A DNA stretch of 64,000 nucleotides from Macrostomum lignano. Lineage: Eukaryota. Under the pieces are notes generated by a model. That model was not told where the DNA came from and ran no database searches. It saw nothing but the letters and a program-made list of their open reading frames with translations. The DNA is taken from positions 1-64,000 of the forward strand of contig NIVC01003871.1 of the NCBI GenBank assembly GCA_002269645.1, read 5' to 3'. The translations under genes and the position numbers were made by a program. Every line of letters starts with the position of its first letter. Within the stretch, counting starts at the first letter, position 1. This document shows positions 44,930 through 64,000 of the stretch, one piece after another.

Positions 44930-47135
44930 GTATAGCTCTTGTGCGACTGTAGCTCTTGTGCGACTGTAGCTCTTGTGCGACTGTAGCTCTTGTGCGACTG
45001 TAGCTCTTGTGCGACTGTAGCTCTTGTGCGACTGTAGCTCTTGTGCGACTGTAGCTCTTGTGCGACTGTAGCTCTTGTGCGACTTAGCTCTTGTGCGACT
45101 GTAGCTCTTGTGCGACTGTAGCTCTTGTGCGACTGTAGCTCTTGTGCGACTGTAGCTCTTGTGTGACACTGTAGCTCTTGTGTGACTGTATCTCTTGTGT
45201 GACACTGTAGCTCTTGTGCGACTGTAGCTCTTGTGCGACTGTAGCTCTTGTGCGACTGTAGCTCTTGTGCGACTGTAGCTCTTGTGCGACTGTATCTCTT
45301 GTGTGACACTGTAGCTCTTGTGTGACACTGTAGCTCTTGTGTGACTGTATCTCTTGTGTGACACTGTAGCTCTTGTGCGACTGTAGCTCTTGTGCGACTG
45401 TAGCTCTTGTGCGACTGTAGCTCTTGTGCGACTGTAGCTCTTGTGCGACTGTATCTCTTGTGTGACACTGTAGCTCTTGTGTGACACTGTAGCTCTTGTG
45501 TGACTGTATCTCTTGTGTGACACTGTAGCTCTTGTGTGACACTGTATCTCTTGTGTGACACTGTAGCTCTTGTGAGACACTGTAGCTCTTGTGTGACTGT
45601 ATCTCTTGTGTGACACTGTAGCTCTTGTGTGACTGTATCTCTTGTGTGACACTGTAGCTCTTGTGAGACACTGTAGCTCTTGTGTGACACTGTAGCTCTT
45701 GTGCGACTGTATCTCTTGTGTGACACTGTAGCTCTTGTGTGACACTGTATCTCTTGTGTGACACTGTAGCTCTTGTGAGACACTGTAGCTCTTGTGTGAC
45801 TGTATCTCTTGTGTGACACTGTAGCTCTTGTGTGACTGTATCTCTTGTGTAACACTGTATCTCTTGTGTGACACTGTAGCTCTTGTGTGACACTGTATCT
45901 CTTGTGTGACACTGTAGCTCTTGTGAGACACTGTAGCTCTTGTGTGACTGTATCTCTTGTGTGACACTGTAGCTCTTGTGTGACTGTATCTCTTGTGTGA
46001 CACTGTAGCTCTTGTGTGACACTGTAGCTCTTGTGTGACACTGTAGCTCTTGTGCGACTGTATCTCTTGTGTGACACTGTAGCTCTTGTGTGACTGTATC
46101 TCTTGTGTGACACTGTAGCTCTTGTGAGACACTGTAGCTCTTGTGTGACTGTATCTCTTGTGTGACACTGTAGCTCTTGTGCGACTGTAGCTTTTGTGCG
46201 ACTGTAGCTCTTGTGAGACACTGTAGCTCTTGTGTGACACTGTAGCTCTTGTGTGACACTGTAGCTCTTGTGCGACTGTAGCTCTTGTGCGACTGTAGCT
46301 CTTGTGAGACACTGTAGCTCTTGTGTGACACTGTAGCTCTTGTGTGACACTGTAGCTCTTGTGCGACTGTAGCTCTTGTGCGACTGTATCTCTTGTGTGA
46401 CACTGTAGCTCTTGTGTGACACTGTAGCTCTTGTGCGACACTGTAGCTCTTGTGTGACACTGTAGCTCTTGTGTGACACTGTAGCTCTTGTGTGACACTG
46501 TAGCTCTTGTGCGACTGTAGCTCTTGTGCGACTGTATCTCTTGTGTGACACTGTATCTCTTGTGTGACACTGTAGCTCTTGTGAGACACTGTAGCTCTTG
46601 TGAGACACTGTAGCTCTTGTGTGACTGTATCTCTTGTGTGACACTGTAGCTCTTGTGTGACACTGTATCTCTTGTGTGACACTGTAGCTCTTGTGAGACA
46701 CTGTAGCTCTTGTGTGACTGTATCTCTTGTGTGACACCGTAGCTCTTGTGCGACTGTAGCTCTTGTGCGACTGTAGCTTTTGTGTGACACTGTATCTCTT
46801 GTGTGACACTGTAGCTCTTGTGCGACTGGATCTCTTGTGTAACACTGTATCTCTTGTGTGACTGGATCTCTTGTGTAACACTGTATCTCTTGTGTGACAC
46901 TGTAGCTCTTGTGCGACTGTATCTCTTGTGTGACACCGTAGCTCTTGTGTGACACTGTAGCTCTTGTGAGACACTGTAGCTCTTGTGTGACACTGTATCT
47001 CTTGTGTGACACTGAAGCTCTTGTGTGACATTGTAGCTCTTGTGTGACATTGTAGCTCTTGTATGACTGTAGCTCTTGTGTGACTGTAGCTCTTGTGTGA
47101 CTGTAGCTTTTGTGTGACATTGTAGCTCTTGTGAC
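44930..47135. repeat. 17/19-bp satellite (CTGTAGCTCTTGTGCGA / CACTGTAGCTCTTGTGTGA), ~2.2 kb
   Basis: Directly visible; pure 17-mers at left, mixed 17/19-mers elsewhere. Confidence 0.97.
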
Positions 47136-47666
47136 ATTGTTGATATGTTGATAAACAATGAGGAATTAAGATTGTCTGTACTTTTAAGCCCGCCTTCAAC
47201 ACGAGTTATCAGTCAGTTTCCAACCAATTAATCCAACCCAGAAGCGAATGCTAATTGAACATCAACTTTATAAGGGCTCCTCCATTCGCCTTATGTAAGG
47301 CAAAAGTCCTTTTTGAAATGAAATTATATTCCCGAGATGGAAAGTTCGCACTTGTATCTATTCGTATATAGCTTTCTATTCGATACTAATAAGGTCTTAG
47401 GTGCACAAATAAAAGTAGTAAATAGTGCCAATTTAATGCTAGAGAAAAACAAAACATCCTTTGTTCGCCGACACCCTCTAATCACTGGCGGTCCTTTAGA
47501 GAGCTACAATGTCTCATCAGATAAGAAAATGATGTTGAAGGTTTCGAAGTTTTTTATATTGAGACTCAGCAGCTTAGCGAGTATGGTAAAGGTTTAGGAT
47601 TCTTGCTAGAGTTCAATGTTGTGCCTTCTACGTACAGCACCACCTCGCCACAGGTCTACGAGTGGA

Positions 47667-56617
<8,951 letters not shown>

Positions 56618-56699
56618 AGATTGACCTTTGACCTTTGACTTTTAAAGACATTTAAGTGGCTTCCTCTAAGACAGAGAATTGCTAGTGAGGGGGCGAAAG

Positions 56700-56930
56700 T
56701 CTCAAGCTGGGAGTCTCTAGTGAGGAGCGAGAGTCTCATGCTGGGAGTCTCTAGTGAGGAGCGAGAGTCTCATGCTAAGAGTCTCTAGTGAGGAGTGAGA
56801 GTCTCATGCTTGGAGTCTCTAGTGAGGAGCGAGAGTCTCATGCTTGGAGTCTCTAGTGAGGAGCGAGAGTCTCATGCGGGGAGTCTCTAGTCAGGGAGCG
56901 AGGGTCTCATGCTGGGAGTCTCTAGTCAGA
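56700..56930. repeat. 34-bp minisatellite (GAGTCTCTAGTGAGGAGCGAGAGTCTCATGCTGG), ~7 copies, just after the protocadherin stop
   Basis: Directly visible. Confidence 0.93.
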
Positions 56931-57267
56931 GAGCGAGAGCGAGAGAGCTTGCTGTTGAGTTGTCCCACTCAGATGGTACATGCTTCCAGCATGTGTACTT
57001 CACTGAATTGACTTCGTTGTCAAGTATTTTAATCCTGTAAACATTTGTAAATTGTTTATTCCGTATCATTTTTAAAGTCGGGTTCAAAATTTTCTTTATA
57101 CAGCAGCATCGATTAAAACAGCAGCGAAAGCATGTGCCTTCTTCCAATTATTGTGTAAAAATTCACTAATCAGTTAAACTGTGAACGGTACTTTACCACA
57201 TGGAAAATACATATTTGCCTAGCTCTTGCTCTAGATATTTGTATTCAATTGATTCAAGACAGCAGGA

Positions 57268-57926
<659 letters not shown>

Positions 57927-58254
57927 CTAATACCGTCATTCATATCTCGTCAGGTAAAAAAGCTTATGACTAAATTTCATATGGCTATTGCTGCAGTTAC
58001 TTCTGTCTCGTAGTGTTTCGTTCTGGTCTTATCCATTTGGTTTCATATGCGCTCGTCGTATTTTCACCCCACTGTTAAAAAGGCGATCAGAAACCCTCTT
58101 TCCCGTAATATACCGGAGCTTCTGTCAGAACTCCCAGAGGGTCGTCATGCCAGTTTCGGTTCACCAGATTTCCAAATTAACGTTAGTATCGGTTTTAGTT
58201 ACTGCTTCAACTATTTCTGCAGTTGTAACAGAATTATAGAGTGGAATAAAATAG

Positions 58255-60190
58255 ATGTGAGATGGAGAGGGGAGAGGAGAGATGGAGTGAGGAGAGAAGG
58301 AGAGAGGTAAGAATTAGAGAGGATTAGAGATGGTGAGGAGAGAGTTGAGATGGATAGATTTGTGATGAATAGAGATGGAGAGAGGTGAGAATGATAGAGG
58401 TGAGATGGATATAGGTGAGATGGATATAGGTGAGATGGAGAGAGGTGAGATGGATATAGGTGAGATGGATGGAGGTGAGATGGATTTAGGTGAGATGGAG
58501 AGAGGTGAGATGGATAGAGGTGAGATGGATATAGGTGAGATGGATATAGGTGAGATGGATATAGGTGAGATGGATAGAGGTGAGATGGATATAGGTGAGA
58601 TGGAGAGAGGTGAGATGGAGAGAGGTGAGATGGAGAGAGGTGAGATGAAGAGAGGTGAGATGGAGAGAGGTGAGATGGAGAGAGGTGAGATGGAGAGAGG
58701 TGAGATGGATAGAGGTGAGATGGATATAGGTGAGATGGATAGAGATGAGATGGATATAGGTGAGATGGATAGAGGTGAGATGGAGAGAGGTGAGATGGAT
58801 ATAGGTGAGATGGAGAGAGGTGAGATGGAGAGAGGTGAGATGGAGAGAGGTGAGATGGATAGAGGTCAGATGGAGAGAGGTGAGATGGAGAGAGGTGAGA
58901 TGGAGAGAGGTGAGATGGATATAGGTGAGATGGAGAGAGGTGAGATGGAGAGAGGTGAGATGGAGAGAGGTGAGATGGAGAGAGGTGAGATGGAGAGAGG
59001 TGAGATGGATATAGGTGAGATGGAGAGAGGTGAGATGGAGAGAGGTGAGATGGAGAGAGGTGAGATGGAGAGAGGTGAGAAGTAGAGAGGTCAGATGGAT
59101 ATAGGTGAGATGGAGAGAGGTGAGATGGAGAGAGGTGAGATGGATAGAGGTGAGATGGATATAGGTGAGATGGATAGAGATGAGATGGATATAGGTGAGA
59201 TGGATAGAGGTGAGATGGAGAGAGGTGAGATGGATAGAGATGAGATGGAGAGAGGTGAGATGGAGAGAGGTGAGATGGAGAGAGGTGAGATGGAGAGAGG
59301 TGAGATGGAGAGAGGTGAGATGGAGAGAGGTGAGATGGAGAGAGGTGAGATGGATAGAGGTGAGATGGATATAGGTGAGATGGATAGAGGTGAGATGGAG
59401 AGAGGTGAGATGGAGAGAGGTGAGATGGAGAGAGGTGAGATGGATAGAGGTCAGATGGAGAGAGGTGAGATGGAGAGAGGTGAGATGGAGAGAGGTGAGA
59501 TGGATAGAGGTCAGATGGAGAGAGGTGAGATGGATGGAGGTGAGATGGATAGAGGTCAGATGGAGAGAGGTGAGATGGAGAGAGGTGAGATGGAGAGAGG
59601 TGAGATGGAGAGAGGTGAGATGGAGAGAGGTGAGATGGAGAGAGGTGAGATGGAGAGAGGTGAGATGGAGAGAGGTGAGATGGATAGAGGTGAGATGGAT
59701 AGAGGTGAGATGGATATAGGTGAGATGGATAGAGGTGAGATGGAGAGAGGTGAGATGGAGAGAGGTGAGATGGAGAGAGGTGAGATGGATAGAGGTCAGA
59801 TGGAGAGAGGTGAGATGGATGGAGGTGAGATGGATAGAGGTCAGATGGAGAGAGGTGAGATGGAGAGAGGTGAGATGGAGAGAGGTGAGATGGAGAGAGG
59901 TGAGATGGAGAGAGGTGAGATGGAGAGAGGTGAGATGGATAGAGGTCAGATGGAGAGAGGTGAGATGGATGGAGGTGAGATGGATAGAGGTCAGATGGAG
60001 AGAGGTGAGATGGAGAGAGGTGAGATGGAGAGAGGTGAGATGGAGAGAGGTGAGATGGAGATAGATGAGAGAGAGGTGAGAAGAAGAGAGGTGAGATGGA
60101 TAGAGGTAAGATGGAGAGATGTGAGATGGAGAGAGGTGAGATGGATAGAGGTGAGATGGAGAGAGGTGAGATGGATATAGATGAGAGACA
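58255..60190. repeat. 15-bp satellite (GAGAGGTGAGATGGA / TAGAGGTGAGATGGA), ~125 copies
   Basis: Directly visible. Confidence 0.97.
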
Positions 60191-62671
60191 GGGGTGAGAG
60201 GTAGAGGGGTGAGAAAGAGAGGCGTGACTGAGACAGATGTGAAGGAGGGAGGTATCAGAAGATAGAGAGCTATAAAATGGAGAAAGCAACTTAAATGACC
60301 TGGGCATGAGAAGGGCAACGCGGGGGCAGCAAAAATCCGTGAGATAAGAGAGGAGAAGTAATCGAGAAACCCGACATGATAAGAGCACTCGTTAATCTTG
60401 GATCTATAGATCTCTTCACAAGCCAAGAGACCCTGTCTTTAAAAAACGTTGAGCTTAACTGCTTGACCGAAACCTATCTTTTTTTAACTCATTAAAGAGA
60501 CTTGAAAAAGACCTTGGCAACAGCGTACTGTAGAGCCCTCAGCTGCTCAGCCACCCAGCTCGGCTTTAACGAGCAGCCAGCTTCATCTCTTTGTCGCAGC
60601 AGCTGTAGCTCCGAGAATGCAATCGGTTGACGAGTTCAATGACGGATAGCCTGTCAGTCTGCTTTGGGGATCAAAAGTAAGCATTTTAAAAAATATTCCT
60701 CCATCAAACCGAAAGCTACCGGCACAATAACATCCCCTATTCTCCCGCGCAAATAACTCCCCAAATCCCGCCTTCCCCATTCACCTCATCCCCAGAAACA
60801 GGCGGCCAGTTTTGTTATGCCGACTCACGCCCGGCCCTGTCTGCGTGTTTGGCGTCTGCTGCTGCAGCTGAGGTGGGTGATGAGGCATCGCAGCCTCTCT
60901 CTTCTCCCTCTCCCCGATTCCATCTCTTCCGTCTGCAGCAGCGGCAGCACTCACAGGTTTCTGTTCGGTAGCTTTACTGCCCCTGGCTCCGCTAGGAGAG
61001 ACATGTAAAAAAGGACATGGATCCGCGGATGGCGGAGGGCATTGTTTCACTTGCTTGGTTAGTTGGGCTGGGTGGATGCTCTGCCATTGGCCCAGCCGCC
61101 GTGCAGCCTCTGAGCCCCGGTCTCAGACTCCCCTCGTTTTGTCCCATTCTCAACCTTTCCTCTCTCTATTAAATTGACTGTTCCTGAGCTCGCGCCCCCA
61201 GGCACTGCCATTCACAGACTTAGCAGTTTAGCTGTATCGGTGTTAAGTGGCAACTCGGGTTACACTGCTGTCTCAAAAGACGTCCTACATCGGACAACCA
61301 GCAGGTAAGACTAGAAAAGTGCCGTTACCTTAATTATTGAGACTTTATAGGCTAGAGAGCTATGTAGTAGTTACATGTATATGAGAGATTTTTGGTGCCT
61401 CCTAAGTCTGTCAGTCAGCTGCCCTCAGGCATTCTGGCCATCAGGTCAATATTACCTATCTAACTCGCTCACCTTTACAAGAAACTTGGACCCACGTTTT
61501 GGCTCTCAAGCAGAAAGTCACTGCTGCTGCGGCTGCTGCTCCCTGCAGCCAATAATTGATTGCTCTGAATTGATTCGCGAAGGGAAAACACGATGAGGCA
61601 GAGTGATGCTGAATAAGAGCTAAAACAGCTAGCCAGACTCCCCGCAAAGTTTAAGTTCAAGTGCACTTACAAGTTCGCCAAGAAAGTTTTGGAAAAAAAT
61701 GTGAGCTCCCCTCAATAAAAACACAGACACCTGCTTCATCTGCAATCTGGAAGGCCTCGTGTCCTATAGAAGCTGGATTCCACCAACAGACCACCTGAAA
61801 GGCATGCGCTCAAGAAGTTGGTACCACCCTGTCAGTGTGACCCACCAGGTATTTGAGGATTCTAGGCCTAATGAACGTGTTCAGTGCTAGGGTGACTGGT
61901 TCTCAACCTGAAGCAACAAACAGCAGCACTCTGTGTTTGCCTCTCGCCGGCAAGGCCCCCATGTTCGACAGTGTACACATTGACACAAGCACGTACGCTC
62001 TACGTACGCTCGTAGTTTACGTTCTCAAATGAATTTAAGAATGCTTCTAGTGGGTATTTGGTCCTTTAACCGTACGCACAAGGTGTTTCCGCACGAGTAT
62101 TGCAGGCCCAGTCACTGCCAATAGAGCAGATTGGGCAGGCAGCTTGTGGCGAGTTTGCTCAGCTGGCAGCATCACTTTTGCCAACAGAATTAACTTTTGT
62201 AATCACTTTTGCAAGAGCGAGATTTCCTGGCTAACTAAGGTAGTGCGTGCACAACTTGCACTGTACGCTAGCGTGAAACCAATGCAAATAACCCGTTAAA
62301 TCACCCCGGCAAGAGATTCCCACTGCTCTGAGAGTTAGTTTTGTAAGATCCGGATTTACTGTCGTTACCTCTCGAGTACTCAATCCAGTCGATTATCTAT
62401 CGATTTATGCACTGCGAGACGCCAAACTATTTTTAGCCGCCTACTGACCGTTCAGAGAGCCTCCTGGCCTTATCTAGCTAGCAAGTTGTGTCCGGGTTTA
62501 GCCCGGAAATGCTAGATCGAATGGCATCGTCATGACAACCAATACTGGCTGCGTTGCTGCTTTTCAATTTAGCAAGCTTGTTTGAATTGGAATTTACAAG
62601 GCTGAAGTTTAGAACCGAAGCAGTTCTGTGTGTCTCTCTACCTGCAGCCTCATCGAGTCAGCGAGCCAGAG

Positions 62672-63694
62672 ATGCGCGAACTCCAATCCAAGCAGCGTCG
62701 AGCCTTCGGCCCCGCTAGCGGTCGAAGCAGCGACGGCGTGGAGGACGCCTCCGGCAGCGACTCCGAGGAGGCCGTCCTAGCTTTCAACGCTGATGAGGAC
62801 GACATTGTTACCGAAAATGACGTTGCCGAAGTTTCAGGCGGTGGCGGCGGGGGCGCTGACGCCAAGTCGCGTCGTTCGCTGCTCGAGCGTTGCCGGTTTG
62901 TTCGCTGGCTCTCGAGGAAACTGCTTCGCCGTCAGGCTCGCTCGGCGCGCGGCAGCTTCCGAATCCCGGGAGCCGGCGGCGGCGACAGCGTCAAGCTGGG
63001 AGATGCTGAGGCCGAACAGCTGATGTCGCTGCTGCCATGGATGGTGCCTCGAACGAGGCCTCGACCGCTCCGCGAGCTGGCCGCAAGCTCCGGACTGAGC
63101 ATCCAGCTGCTGCGCAGGCTGTACGCCAAGTTCAAGCAGGAGTGCCCCAATGGCCTGATGCAGCGCGAGAGTTTCCAGGAAATCTGCGGCTACTTTTTCC
63201 CCCTAGGCGAAGCGTCCCTGTACGCCGGTCTGCTGTTCGACAGTTTTCTGGCCCTGCCGCTTGATGACTCGAGACAGCAGTCGCCGCAGCCGGACAGGCT
63301 CTGCTTCGAGCAGCTCGTGTCCGTGATGAGCCGTCTCAGCCGGGGCTCTCTGCAGGACAAACTTTACTGGCTTTTCGCCCTGTACGATGCCGACAAGGAC
63401 GGCCAGATCAGCCGGCGTGACCTGCTGACGGTGGTGACTGGCGTCTACAGCCTCTGCGGCACCGCCTGCCGGCCGGCCGTGCTGCCAAATGTCACCGCGG
63501 CCGAGGTGTCCGAGCGGCTGTTCCTGCGGATGGACGCTGACCAGGACGGCACGGTCTCTTGGTCGGACTTCTCCGCCTACCTCACCGAGAAGCTGCAGCC
63601 GCTGTCGGACTCGGCGGCCGAGGATGCGGCGGTTTCTCAAACGAATCGGCACCTCAGCTTCCTGGTAGAGATGGACCCGCTGTCGCAGATCTGA
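62672..63694 (+). CDS. KCNIP-like: KChIP-like (neuronal calcium sensor family) EF-hand protein, 340 aa, CDS in one exon
   Basis: RPRPLRELAASSGLSIQLLRRLYAKFKQECPNGLMQRESFQEICGYFFPLGEASLYAGLLFDSF and RGSLQDKLYWLFALYDADKDGQISRRD follow KChIP motifs (RPEGL..L..LYR.FK.ECP.G...F..IY..FFP.GDAS.YA..LF; LRG...EKL.W.F.LYD.NKDG.I). Acceptor CCTGCAG at 62647 and donor CAG|GTAAGA at 61305 suggest a 5' UTR intron. Confidence 0.93.
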   Translation: MRELQSKQRRAFGPASGRSSDGVEDASGSDSEEAVLAFNADEDDIVTENDVAEVSGGGGGGADAKSRRSLLERCRFVRWLSRKLLRRQARSARGSFRIPGAGGGDSVKLGDAEAEQLMSLLPWMVPRTRPRPLRELAASSGLSIQLLRRLYAKFKQECPNGLMQRESFQEICGYFFPLGEASLYAGLLFDSFLALPLDDSRQQSPQPDRLCFEQLVSVMSRLSRGSLQDKLYWLFALYDADKDGQISRRDLLTVVTGVYSLCGTACRPAVLPNVTAAEVSERLFLRMDADQDGTVSWSDFSAYLTEKLQPLSDSAAEDAAVSQTNRHLSFLVEMDPLSQI

Positions 63695-64000
63695 TCTGAG
63701 GGGCTGATGACGCAGTCATGCGCGATCACATTTTTCTGGATTTCTATCAGCGTTAGTAGTACAAAAATACACAGATAAAATTCATTAAGGGTCATTCCAA
63801 TTTCGCTAGTCTTCACAAGTTTTCTTTGCTAATTTTAACCAAATCAGTCTTAGTTAATAACTTTTTAGGGCACTGCTGCATGTGAAGGTGACAGTCAGAC
63901 CGGCAGTCAGCGAGGACGCAAAGCAGCCAGGCCCATTCAGCTGACCCCTCAGCACGCACACGAATGCTAATGCTTTCGCTTAATGCGAATGCTTGAGCAG

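Noticed and set aside
44846-47202. 680-770-aa ORFs on the minus strand
   Set aside because: Translations of the 17/19-bp satellite; the protein pattern switches with unit length, as expected for non-coding repeats.
58211-60426. (GEMER/GEMDI)n and (HLSPS)n ORFs resembling repetitive structural or adhesive proteins
   Set aside because: The 15-bp unit is stop-free in several frames; no signal peptide or linked exon; the same seed occurs in a dispersed element at 54.3 kb. Not fully excluded without RNA data.
60781-61050. Possible first coding exon on the minus strand (MKQCPP...GPG|GTGAGT)
   Set aside because: Low-complexity, no identifiable domain, and no compatible downstream exon found; more likely KChIP upstream sequence.

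Overview
Eukaryotic (metazoan) genomic DNA: GT-AG introns, GC-rich exons, and roughly a quarter of the window in simple/minisatellite tandem arrays. The style suggests a repeat-rich invertebrate such as the flatworm Macrostomum (inference only, not verified). Five protein genes can be spliced by hand with consistent intron phases: (1) the C-terminal ~2280 aa of an axonemal outer-arm beta-type dynein heavy chain (+, 1-7357, 6 exons); (2) a small 3-exon gene invisible to the ORF track (-, 14104-10418) encoding a 95-aa secreted prepropeptide: signal peptide, acidic pro-segment, KR site, 56-aa six-cysteine EGF-like mature peptide; (3) an SLC7/LAT-type amino-acid transporter (+, 21288-36321, 9 coding exons, 502 aa); (4) a 7-cadherin-repeat protocadherin (+, 47667-56617, 7 exons, ~1106 aa); (5) a KChIP-like neuronal calcium sensor with an intronless CDS (+, 62672-63694). 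Introns and intergenic DNA hold decayed Tc1, mariner, IS630-like, THAP-type and piggyBac-like DNA transposons, MITEs, RTE-like and other LINE fragments, a tRNA-derived CORE-type SINE and more than 20 tandem arrays. Most long ORFs in the supplied track are artefacts of these arrays. No CRISPR, rRNA or intact tRNA was found. The top lead is the hidden EGF-like prepropeptide gene.
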